From an uncultured delta proteobacterium (GTDB taxonomy: Bacteria > Desulfobacterota > Binatia > Binatales > Binataceae), in NCBI GenBank assembly GCA_963711565.1, contig CAVQEQ010000004.1, forward strand, positions 192,001 to 256,000: a DNA stretch of 64,000 nt, given 5' to 3'. The stretch's first letter is position 1, and each line of letters begins with the position of its first letter. The notes under the pieces are model-generated. The model saw only the letters and a list, made by a program, of their open reading frames with translations, was not told where the DNA came from and ran no database searches. A program made the translations under genes and the position numbers. Positions 39,222 to 47,583 of the stretch are shown piece by piece.

Positions 39222-39317
39222 CGCGGAAAGATCCTCCCGATTGAAACGTGACAAATTAAAACGGACGCGGCTCCTTAGCGAGCTGCGTCCGCTGTTGCGC
39301 GCATTTACAGGTCTCTA

Positions 39318-39929
39318 TCAGGCGAGCTTCAGGATGCTCTCGGGATGCTGCTCGTTGGGATCGACGCCGGGTTCCATCGTGTAGATGACCGACTTGTCGA
39401 CCACCAATTGTCCGTCGTCGCCGACGTAGATCTTGAAGCGATCCATCGGACGCGGCGCCGGCCCCTCGAAATTCATCCCGCTGATGTAATAGCCGGAGCC
39501 ATGGCACGGGCACTTGAACTTTTGCTCCGTCTTCAGCCATCGCGGCGTGCATCCGAGATGAGTGCACTTGGCGAAGATCGCGTAGAAGCCCGCCTTGGTG
39601 CGGATGATCCAGGTGCGAAAATCCTGTTTGTATTTTTCGCTGACCTCGCCAATGACGTAGTCATCGGGAAAGCCGGCCTTGAACTTCGATGGCGGCAAAA
39701 AGAGCACGCGCGGAAACGCCGAACGAACGGCGGCGAGCAATCCGATCAGCGAGAAGGCGCCGAAGCCCGCCCATCCGAGCACGCCCAGAAAGTCGCGACG
39801 GCTCCACAAGGTGCCGAGCTCGGATTTTTCCTTGTCGCGTTTCGCGCGTTCTTTTGCCTGCTCGTCTTCGCGCCACTTCTTGAGTTCGGCGGGATCGGTC
39901 GGGGCTTTCTCTTTGAGTGCAACAGCCAT
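39318..39929 (-). CDS. Rieske iron-sulfur protein (cytochrome bc-type subunit)
   Basis: Tat motif SRRDFL plus TM helix; CTHLGC and CPCHGS; GPAPRP. Confidence 0.9.
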   Translation of the reverse strand: MAVALKEKAPTDPAELKKWREDEQAKERAKRDKEKSELGTLWSRRDFLGVLGWAGFGAFSLIGLLAAVRSAFPRVLFLPPSKFKAGFPDDYVIGEVSEKYKQDFRTWIIRTKAGFYAIFAKCTHLGCTPRWLKTEQKFKCPCHGSGYYISGMNFEGPAPRPMDRFKIYVGDDGQLVVDKSVIYTMEPGVDPNEQHPESILKLA

Positions 39930-40111
39930 CTAAGTGACGCAACCTCCCAGCTTGGGACGAGCCTGCATTAGCTCACCCACATCTCATTGGACGTAATCGA
40001 TTAGTAAAAATTCTATTACTCAAAGATACGCAACATTCAAGGGCGAAGATAACCCTCGAAGGCTTGGCAATATTGCGACGATTGCGATGTTTCCCGGCGA
40101 GATGCGAAAAT

Positions 40112-40552
40112 TCAGTGAAGCGTCGGCTGGCCGCTCGACGGGGGCAGCGGCGCTGCCGGTGGTACGGCCTGTCTGACCACGGTCGCATTGGTCGTGAGGG
40201 GCTTGCGCGTCGGGGACCAATCCTGCGGTGTCGTCAACGTCGTGACCTCGTCCATCGTGTTGTCGGGGATTATCGGAACCGGCGGCGGTGGTGACATATC
40301 GTCGCCGCCCACGGGCCGGAAGATCGGCGCCGCGGAACTGTTGTGCGACAGGTAGTGCATCGGACGCGCTATAGCCCACTCCAGCGCGTATCCAACCGGA
40401 TAGAGGATGTCGGCGAAGAGCTCGAGCGGCTGCGAATCCTCGTCGGTATATTCTTTAGGGTTCTGTTGATCGTTGTCGTTGTACTGCGCGTGCGAAACCG
40501 TCGGCAGTCCAACAAACAGCGCGGCGCAGAAAATAATTGCAACTTTGCGCAT
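40112..40552 (-). CDS. secreted hypothetical protein
   Basis: Signal peptide SHA-Q; YTDEDSQPL...LYPVGYALEW; Pro-rich tail. Confidence 0.65.
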   Translation of the reverse strand: MRKVAIIFCAALFVGLPTVSHAQYNDNDQQNPKEYTDEDSQPLELFADILYPVGYALEWAIARPMHYLSHNSSAAPIFRPVGGDDMSPPPPVPIIPDNTMDEVTTLTTPQDWSPTRKPLTTNATVVRQAVPPAAPLPPSSGQPTLH

Positions 40553-40642
40553 GCCGACAACTTTGCGCGTTCGCCCGCCGCCGTGTCAACAGATCGCGGT
40601 CGTTCTTGCGCTGGCGTCTTTGCAGGCGCAATTCTAAACGCG

Positions 40643-41998
40643 ATGACCGTATCAGCCATGCGCTCCATCCGTGCATGCTTGCAAATTTCCACCGCCGCGG
40701 CGGTCCTCCTGATATTCGCATTCGGATCCATCGCACATGGCGCGCCGCCGCCCGGCGAGATTGCTTTCGTCGGCACTGACTCCAACATCTACTACTGCGA
40801 CACGAAGTGCGCGGAGCCAAAATGTATCACGTGCAAAGCGGCCGCGATTCACGTCCGCCGCGATGACGCGGTCATGCCGGTCGCGCTCGCCGACAATGCC
40901 CCCGACGCGGTCCCCTCAGCCGGCGGCGGCACCGATTACGGATGGCCGGTGTTCTCGCCCGACGGTAAGCGCATCGCTTATTTTGCCGAGACGCACAAGC
41001 AAGCCGAGGATTCGTTCGCCGTGTGGGTCTACGATCTCGCGCGCGGCCAGGCGATGCTGATCTTTGAAAGCCGCTCCGAGCGCATCGTCTACCTGGTCTG
41101 GACGCCCGACGGGCAGCACCTTTCATTTCTGCTCGGCGAACCGCACGGACTCAGCCTGGTGCTCGCCGAGGTCAAGGAATCCACGCCCGTCAGAATCGTC
41201 ACGACCGGGATGCCGCTGTACTTCGATTGGGGCGCGCGCGCCGACGAAGTTGCGTTGCACACGCTCGCGCTCGACTCCGATCGCACCGAGCAGGTCTCTC
41301 TGATGAGCCTGACGCCGACCAGCCAGAACGTCATCAAAGTGCTGTCGCACGGCCGCACGCCGTTCAAGACCCCAGCCTGGTCGGCCGACGGCAAGCATCT
41401 CGCGTACGTCGAGAACTACAACGCCGAATCGAACATCGTGGTTGCCGACGCCGACGCCAGTCATCCGCGCTCGGTCGTGAGCTTGCCGGTGGGAGAGACC
41501 AGCTTCATCTGGGCGCCCGACTCAGCGCATCTGGCATATTCGACAGCGATCGATCCCCAGGATCCGACCTATCACGGCATCAAGCTGGTCAACATCGCCA
41601 CCGCGAATTCGAAGTGGCTGACCAAGGACGACGTCGCCGCATTTTTCTTCGCGCCCGACTCGCGCCATGTCGCGTTCATCGGCGTTCCCGCGGAGAAGCC
41701 GTACTACAGCTGGTCGGTCGTCAACGTTAAGAGCGGCGCCCAGAAAGCGCTCGGCAATTTTCTCGCGACTCCCGACGAATCGATCGCCTATCGTTACTTC
41801 GATCAGCTCGCCGTGTCGCACACGATCTGGTCGCCCGATTCGTCGTCATTTGTGTACGCGGGCGTACACCTGGAAGGGGCCCCGGACAAGGCGCTCGGCT
41901 ATGCGCCGCCGCCGTCGGTCTGGATTGTGCCCATCGACGGCAAAGCGCCGCGCGCTCTCTCAAACGCAGTGCTCGCGTTCTTCTCCCCGGCGAAGTAG
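40643..41998 (+). CDS. TolB-like (PD40) beta-propeller periplasmic protein
   Basis: Signal peptide; repeated FSPDG/WTPDG/WSADG/WAPDS/WSPDS motifs. Confidence 0.8.
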   Translation: MTVSAMRSIRACLQISTAAAVLLIFAFGSIAHGAPPPGEIAFVGTDSNIYYCDTKCAEPKCITCKAAAIHVRRDDAVMPVALADNAPDAVPSAGGGTDYGWPVFSPDGKRIAYFAETHKQAEDSFAVWVYDLARGQAMLIFESRSERIVYLVWTPDGQHLSFLLGEPHGLSLVLAEVKESTPVRIVTTGMPLYFDWGARADEVALHTLALDSDRTEQVSLMSLTPTSQNVIKVLSHGRTPFKTPAWSADGKHLAYVENYNAESNIVVADADASHPRSVVSLPVGETSFIWAPDSAHLAYSTAIDPQDPTYHGIKLVNIATANSKWLTKDDVAAFFFAPDSRHVAFIGVPAEKPYYSWSVVNVKSGAQKALGNFLATPDESIAYRYFDQLAVSHTIWSPDSSSFVYAGVHLEGAPDKALGYAPPPSVWIVPIDGKAPRALSNAVLAFFSPAK

Positions 41999-42028
41999 GG
42001 CGGTCTCTCGTTAGCCGAAAGGGCGTGT

Positions 42029-42313
42029 ATGGACAAGCTCGAACGGATTGGCCATCTTATAGTCGAGGCGCGATCGAAGGCCAGATTGTTAGCGACTTTC
42101 GCACTCAAGCCGGAACTCAGAGTAAAGGCAGCGGATCTAATGAAACGTGTAAACGGGAGCCATCAGAAGCTTCAGACTTTGAGCCGAGCCTCTCAGGGAA
42201 ATGGAAAGGGGTTGGATCAGGCGAAGCTCGATCATGCCCTCGACGATTTGATCAAAACGTTTGAGGACGTCAACAGGAAGCTCGACGAGCTGATCGCCGA
42301 AGCCAAGGAATAA
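42029..42313 (+). CDS. small helical hypothetical protein
   Basis: 94-aa ORF with coiled-coil pattern, followed by a hairpin. Confidence 0.55.
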   Translation: MDKLERIGHLIVEARSKARLLATFALKPELRVKAADLMKRVNGSHQKLQTLSRASQGNGKGLDQAKLDHALDDLIKTFEDVNRKLDELIAEAKE

Positions 42314-42365
42314 AGCCGGCGAGGGTTCGGCCCTTCGCCTGACAAGTTCCAACAGGGACGAAGAG

Positions 42366-42399
42366 CCGGGATTCTTCGCTTCGCGCTGAATGACACGAA
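42366..42399. repeat. REP-like element (family A, copy 2)
   Basis: ccgggattcttcgcttcgcgctgaatgacacgaa. Confidence 0.65.
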
Positions 42400-42402
42400 A
42401 AT

Positions 42403-42470
42403 ACTGGGTGCAGGGCTCAGCCCTGCCGAAGGAAGCGTGAAACCCACCGCGGGTTTCACATTCGATAAAG
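42403..42470. repeat. two-hairpin intergenic repeat (family B)
   Basis: 64/68 identical to 56317-56384 by manual alignment. Confidence 0.8.
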
Positions 42471-42473
42471 CGA

Positions 42474-43640
42474 TTATGCCTTGCTACAAACGTAAATCGC
42501 CGCCGGCTGGCCGAGTACCGATACGCGAATGATCTTGCTCGGCGCGATCTTGCGCGTGCGCTCGAGCTCGCGCATCAGCCGCCACTCCAACGTCAGCATC
42601 ACCATCATGCCGCCGCTCCTGAGCACCCGCGCGAACTCTTTGAACCACAGTGGATACAGCTTTCGATTCTCGCCGTGCGAGCCGTAGCGCAGTCCCCACG
42701 GCAAGTTGGTGACGATTTTACTTACACTCGCGTCGCCGAGCGGCAGCGCCCCAGCGTCCCAGTTTTCGAGCTGGATTGGCTTGTAGCGCGTGCCGACGTT
42801 GACGCGCGCCGCCGCGAGCGCCGCATGATCGCGATCGCTGCCCAGCAGCATTGCGTACCGTCCCAGATGGGCCCGCTCGATCAATATCGTGCCCGCGCCG
42901 CAGAACGGATCGAGCGCCACGTCGTCCTCGCGCGGCCCGGACAGCCACGCGAGCGCCGCCGCACTCGACGCGCGGAGCGACGCCGGGCGATGGGCACTCT
43001 TGTACTCGCGATGCCGCATCTTGTCGTCGCTGAGCCGCACGGTAAGAAAAAACTCGGCGTCGATCATCGTCGCCCACAACTCAACGTCGGCGTCCTCTTC
43101 TTCCAGCCGCCAGGTGTGATCGCTGCGCTCGAGAATCCCGCGCTCGACCGCGCGCTGAAAATCGACGCGCCGATATTCATGCTCACCGGCCATCCTGGCG
43201 ATCACGCGGAACTTGAGCCTGCGGCCCGCGCGCGTCCCCGGCGAGACTTTGACGCGCGCCGCCAGCGCCGCCTCGACCAGCGGCGCCTCGCGCGACGCGC
43301 CGCGAATCTTGTCCAGTTCTTTGTTCTCCGGCCCGATAGCGGCGCGGTAGCCGGCCAGTCCGAACAGATCTTCAGCCGTGCGCAGTACGGCCAGCTTCTC
43401 GGCCGCCGGCGCGAAAAAAATCGTCATCCCGGCGCGATCGGGCACCACGCGCCGCGTGATCTCTCTCGCGCCGCTGATTCGGCCCGCTATCTCGTCAGCC
43501 GCGATTCCCTCGAACCCCGGCTGCGTATGCGCGATGTAGAGATTAGGGCCAAAGCGTAGCGGATGCGGATGCGCGCGCTCGGGCGACGCCGCCTTGCGAT
43601 CGCGCCCGGTATTTCGATACGTCTGGCGCGCGCTAATCAA
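42474..43640 (-). CDS. THUMP-domain RNA (guanine-N2) methyltransferase (TrmN/Trm14-like)
   Basis: THUMP-like N-terminus, PASLR, LDPFCGAGTI, IVTNLPWG. Confidence 0.8.
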   Translation of the reverse strand: MISARQTYRNTGRDRKAASPERAHPHPLRFGPNLYIAHTQPGFEGIAADEIAGRISGAREITRRVVPDRAGMTIFFAPAAEKLAVLRTAEDLFGLAGYRAAIGPENKELDKIRGASREAPLVEAALAARVKVSPGTRAGRRLKFRVIARMAGEHEYRRVDFQRAVERGILERSDHTWRLEEEDADVELWATMIDAEFFLTVRLSDDKMRHREYKSAHRPASLRASSAAALAWLSGPREDDVALDPFCGAGTILIERAHLGRYAMLLGSDRDHAALAAARVNVGTRYKPIQLENWDAGALPLGDASVSKIVTNLPWGLRYGSHGENRKLYPLWFKEFARVLRSGGMMVMLTLEWRLMRELERTRKIAPSKIIRVSVLGQPAAIYVCSKA

Positions 43641-43651
43641 TTCTCAACCCG

Positions 43652-44215
43652 CTACTTCGAGCGTGACAGGTACTCGTGCGTCTCGGTGTTGATCGTGATC
43701 ATGTCGCCCTCGGCGACGAAATGCGGCACGTTGATTACCATCCCGGTCTCGAGCGTCGCGGGCTTCAGCGTGTTGTTCACCGCCGCCGTCTTCATCCCCG
43801 GGTCGGTCTGCACCACCTTGAGCGCGACCGTCTTGGGCAGAGTCACGTTGAGGGGAGTCGTCTCGTAGAACTCGACTTCGACTTCGAGGTTCGGCGTCAG
43901 GAATCCGACCACGTCCTCGATCAGTTCCTTGGGAATCGTAATCTGCTCGTAGTTCTCGGTGTTCATGAAATGGAAATCGTCGCCGTCCTGGTAGAGGAAC
44001 TGCATCTTGCTCTGATTCAGGATGACCCGCTCGACGCGGTCTTCCGAGCGGAACCGGTTCTCGGTCTGCGAGCCCGTCTTGACGTTGCGCAGCTTGGTCT
44101 GCACCATCCCGCGCCAGTTACCGGGGGTGATATGCGTGATCGTCATTATCCGCCACAGGTCCTTGTTGTATTCGACAATCATACCAGGGCGCAGTTGCGT
44201 CGCTTGAATCAGCAT
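43652..44215 (-). CDS. efp: translation elongation factor P
   Basis: LRPGM, HITPGNWRGMVQTKLRN, QFLY, KPATLETG, EYLSR. Confidence 0.95.
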   Translation of the reverse strand: MLIQATQLRPGMIVEYNKDLWRIMTITHITPGNWRGMVQTKLRNVKTGSQTENRFRSEDRVERVILNQSKMQFLYQDGDDFHFMNTENYEQITIPKELIEDVVGFLTPNLEVEVEFYETTPLNVTLPKTVALKVVQTDPGMKTAAVNNTLKPATLETGMVINVPHFVAEGDMITINTETHEYLSRSK

Positions 44216-44301
44216 CGTGTGAACACTCTCGATAAAGAACGAAGGTTAAGAAGCGAATATTACGCAACCCCGCCGCGCGCGGCAAGTTCGCGCCGGCGCC
44301 G

Positions 44302-44352
44302 GGTACTGTCTAAATTTGAGGCTGAGTATCTGAATTTGAAAACGCGAGTGTC
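44302..44352. repeat. 51-bp imperfect direct repeat, copy 1
   Basis: 44/51 identical to 44923-44973 by manual alignment. Confidence 0.75.
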
Positions 44353-44709
44353 TTATTTTGATTTGAGGCGGGGATCGTCGGTCGAAATGCAGAGCGCTTC
44401 CGTCGCGTATTCGAATTGGTCAGCGACCAGAAACTCTGAATCCGAGAAGTTATCGGGCGAGAGGCCCTGACGTTGCTCCGCTAGATGATGCTGTTCATCC
44501 ATATTCGTCGTCGCTGTATCCAGATTTTTCTTTTTGGCAGCTTCACACGCCTGCGCTGAATCGTAAGAATTCCGAATTGTCCACTGATTGAGTGGCGCGT
44601 TGTCATTCGGTGGCGCGGTGCTGGCGCCGATCGAACGTGGCGGACCTGGTGGCGGCGCTATCAGAACCCAGCCCACAAGCGCGAGCGCGGCAACGTGACA
44701 GGGTTTCAT
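44353..44709 (-). CDS. small secreted hypothetical protein with one Cys pair
   Basis: MKPCHVAALALVGWVLIAPP...APLNQW...SAQACE...CISTDDPRLK. Confidence 0.7.
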   Translation of the reverse strand: MKPCHVAALALVGWVLIAPPPGPPRSIGASTAPPNDNAPLNQWTIRNSYDSAQACEAAKKKNLDTATTNMDEQHHLAEQRQGLSPDNFSDSEFLVADQFEYATEALCISTDDPRLKSK

Positions 44710-44719
44710 AACCCATGAT

Positions 44720-44983
44720 TTAACCGTAATGCTCTGCGGTGTTCCATAGGCGCATCAGGCTTTTACGGTCATCATCATGGAATGCTGCACGCAGCTTGTC
44801 GAATAGTCCCGGCTCGAAGCGATAAAGCGCTTCCTTCCTGAAGCCGACTGAATCGCGGTCGCCCTCCCTACGTACCTCAACCGCACGACCCCAATCCGAA
44901 ATGGAAACGAGCTTGATCGGTTGGTACTGTCTTAATTCGGGTCTGAGTGTCGGAATTTGAAATCGCGAGTGTCGTAATTTCAA
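44720..44983 (-). CDS. hypothetical protein (start uncertain)
   Basis: 87-aa ORF whose 5' end overlaps repeat copy 2. Confidence 0.35.
   Translation of the reverse strand: MKLRHSRFQIPTLRPELRQYQPIKLVSISDWGRAVEVRREGDRDSVGFRKEALYRFEPGLFDKLRAAFHDDDRKSLMRLWNTAEHYG
44923..44973. repeat. 51-bp imperfect direct repeat, copy 2
   Basis: See 44302-44352. Confidence 0.75.
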
Positions 44984-45264
44984 GGCGCAGGGTAAATGCG
45001 ATTCCTGCTACTGTCTTGCAGCAGAGGGTCGAGCAATGTCGGGTGAATAGTCAGCAATCCGCAGAGAATGCACACCGCACCTAAGAAATACGTGAATAGA
45101 ACGACTGCCCTTTTGCCGAACATCTCTTTGAGACAGGCCTGTGAGTACCATAGGTCAAGCGGCCTCTTGATCGGGGGATCGACCAACCAGCGCCAGCGAA
45201 AGAACGCCCCACACCAAAGGAAGACGCCTACAGCGATGAGAAACATATTTTCACCAGACCACAA
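44980..45264 (-). CDS. small two-TM protein resembling the immunity-17 family
   Basis: GVFLWCGAFFRWRW...FGKRAVVLFTYFLG pattern; family assignment by eye only. Confidence 0.45.
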   Translation of the reverse strand: MWSGENMFLIAVGVFLWCGAFFRWRWLVDPPIKRPLDLWYSQACLKEMFGKRAVVLFTYFLGAVCILCGLLTIHPTLLDPLLQDSSRNRIYPAP

Positions 45265-45303
45265 GCGCGAGCGCGGTTGCGTGGCGGGGCCTCATCGCGC
45301 GCA

Positions 45304-46725
45304 CTAAGGAAGCAGCTTGCTGTACCACGGCCTCGACGGCGGAGTCGTGGCGTATGGCGGCGGGTATCCATACGGATTCGGCGCGTAGTAGGGCGAGTGC
45401 AGATACGCCGGGTCGGTTCCGTACGGCGCTGGGTACATCGGCGGATTGCGATACTCGGTCATCCCGCTGCCGCCGCCGACCGTATCCACCGACGCCTCGA
45501 CGAAATCAGTGCCGTTGCCGTATGCGCGAATCCTCGCGTCGCTGCCCGCCGGCATCGGGAACGTCACGTCGAACGCGCTGTAGCCGGTGGGGCTGATCGC
45601 GATCGGCTCGGCCAGCCGCCCGTTGACGTAAACCCCCGCATGACGCACGCCGGGCCCCGCAACCTGCCCGACCACTTCGACGTTGCCTGGCGCCGCCATC
45701 GATTCTTCGGCGTCGATAATGTTGATCTGCACGTTCGTCAGCGGTCCGAGCGACGAGTTCGCGTCGATATGACGGCGCGACGGCGAATCTTCGTCATCCG
45801 CGCCTGGAATCTCGGCCGTGTTGTCGCCCCGCGAGGGACCCGCCGACGCGATCGGGCTGTCCGCCAACGGCCCCGCCTCGCCCGACGACGCGCTCGCGCC
45901 CGGCTCGACTTCAATCAGCTCCTCGCTCCCGCGCATCGCGCCGACCCCTTCCGGGTCGGGCGAGACCAGTGCCTGCGCCTCGCGGCCGTAAACGTCCTCG
46001 ACGCGAATCGCCTGCGTCAGCGTCGGCTGGTCAATCGAAAAATCGAAATTGAGTCGCTGCTCGCCGGGCGTACTCGCGACGTCGATATCCTTGCTCTTCG
46101 TGTCGCCGTCGAAAATTCCCGCCGACTTGAGATCGGTGCCTTCCAGGTAGCCCTTCACCCGCACCATTGCGCCCACGAAGACCCGCGATTCGATTTTGAC
46201 CTTCGGAGCAGCCGGCATCGCTTCTCCGGCCGGCGGCGAGACCGACGAGTGCGACGCGGGCATCTCGCTGCTCGCTACAGACCCCTTCGCTGCGGGCACC
46301 TGCTTTTCGAGCGCCGCAATCTTCTCGCGGATTGAGGTCCACTGCTCAGGATACTGGCCGCCCGCAATCTTCGCCGCCGCTTCTATCTTGTCGCGATCGC
46401 CGAGCACCGCCGCCATCGCATTTGCCGCCGCGGCGCTGTCATTTGCACCCAGCGCGGTGGACAGCGTTTGCGCATCGCCCGCAAGGCTGGCGGCAGGAGC
46501 CAGGATTGGACCGGAGTTACCGGACGCGTTGATGGCATTGAGCATCGAGAAGGCATGATCGCTCAACTCGAGCGCCTGCGATTGTGCGTCCTGCGCGCAG
46601 GATTGCCGCGGTCCGATTCCCACCGCAAACAGCGCACAGACAAAAATCGTCGCCGCGATCCGTCCGCCGACGGACCCGATTCGCGCCACGAGCGCGCCGC
46701 TTCGATGCGCGACGAAATCGATCAC
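45304..46725 (-). CDS. secreted hypothetical protein (helical N-terminus, two beta domains, Pro/Tyr-rich tail)
   Basis: 473-aa ORF, signal-like hydrophobic segment, host-like codon usage. Confidence 0.7.
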   Translation of the reverse strand: MIDFVAHRSGALVARIGSVGGRIAATIFVCALFAVGIGPRQSCAQDAQSQALELSDHAFSMLNAINASGNSGPILAPAASLAGDAQTLSTALGANDSAAAANAMAAVLGDRDKIEAAAKIAGGQYPEQWTSIREKIAALEKQVPAAKGSVASSEMPASHSSVSPPAGEAMPAAPKVKIESRVFVGAMVRVKGYLEGTDLKSAGIFDGDTKSKDIDVASTPGEQRLNFDFSIDQPTLTQAIRVEDVYGREAQALVSPDPEGVGAMRGSEELIEVEPGASASSGEAGPLADSPIASAGPSRGDNTAEIPGADDEDSPSRRHIDANSSLGPLTNVQINIIDAEESMAAPGNVEVVGQVAGPGVRHAGVYVNGRLAEPIAISPTGYSAFDVTFPMPAGSDARIRAYGNGTDFVEASVDTVGGGSGMTEYRNPPMYPAPYGTDPAYLHSPYYAPNPYGYPPPYATTPPSRPWYSKLLP

Positions 46726-46743
46726 CCCTCTCGACCTGCGGGG

Positions 46744-46881
46744 CTACGGCGATTGCCGGTAGCGTTCAGCCGTTTGCTTTATCTGGCGAGAGAGCTTCAG
46801 GAATATCTCTCCCTCGTCGTAGATGAAGAGTGCGAGAGCGCCGCCGGCGCCGACAATCAGACCGAGGATAAACGCGCCCAT
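46744..46881 (-). CDS. small single-TM protein (45 aa, YtxH-like N-terminus)
   Basis: Not in the ORF track. MGAFILGLIVGAGGALALFIYDEGEIFLKLSRQIKQTAERYRQSP; strong GGAGGAG RBS. Confidence 0.7.
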   Translation of the reverse strand: MGAFILGLIVGAGGALALFIYDEGEIFLKLSRQIKQTAERYRQSP

Positions 46882-47141
46882 AAGTTCGCTCCTCCGGTAG
46901 CCCGAATTATATTCAAATTCGCGCAGTTACGCCTACCGGAAAAAACCTCGTCCTAATCCTCCTAATCCGGTTCCCCTTGCAGGGGAAGCGATTAGGTTCC
47001 CTGGGTACTGGCTGAATTCAGTTGATGGGCTTACTGTCGGCGTGAGGTGCGTCGCGCGCCGCTTGACGACGATCCGCAATGAAAAGTAGTTAATTGAATG
47101 ACATCGCATCGAAAAATCCCCAGGACTACGGCAAGGAAATT

Positions 47142-47513
47142 GTGAAAGCAACCACGATCATGTTCCTGGCGCTCGCGATTACGATTTCGGGGTGCAGCGA
47201 CGCCGCGGAAGACAATCAAGCGATGCAGGCTGCTGCGGAAAATAATCAGGCGCGCAGCGACATGATACAGGCGAAAGACGCTTACACTAAATGCCTACAA
47301 GAAAACAGCGCGGAGACGCAGAAGTGCGCTGGATTCAAGGAGGCGTACGAGGTCAACTTACAGGCATATCGAGCGACTTCGGGGGAGGGGGGAGGCGCGA
47401 GCGTCATTTTTAACGGACCTACCGTGAACTCAAACCAACCTTCAAAACCTCAACAATTGGAAGAACAGCGTCAGCAGATCCAGCAATTGAAAGAACAACA
47501 GGAAACTGAATAG
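47142..47513 (+). CDS. putative lipoprotein, lower GC
   Basis: GTG start after AAGGA, lipobox ISGC, Cys pair, Gln-rich tail. Confidence 0.6.
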   Translation: MKATTIMFLALAITISGCSDAAEDNQAMQAAAENNQARSDMIQAKDAYTKCLQENSAETQKCAGFKEAYEVNLQAYRATSGEGGGASVIFNGPTVNSNQPSKPQQLEEQRQQIQQLKEQQETE

Positions 47514-47583
47514 CTCAGACTGTCCTACCGTTCCTTGCCGCGCAGTACGCAACGCCGCCACTTTCCAGTATCTTGATTCTATC

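Noticed and set aside
42403-42470. Family B element as a hammerhead or HDV ribozyme, or a tRNA
   Set aside because: No CUGANGA/GAAA core, no nested double pseudoknot and no cloverleaf on either strand
44302-44973. Integron attC sites or a mini-CRISPR
   Set aside because: No RYYYAAC/GTTRRRY ends or palindromy; only two copies 621 bp apart; kept only as an unexplained direct repeat
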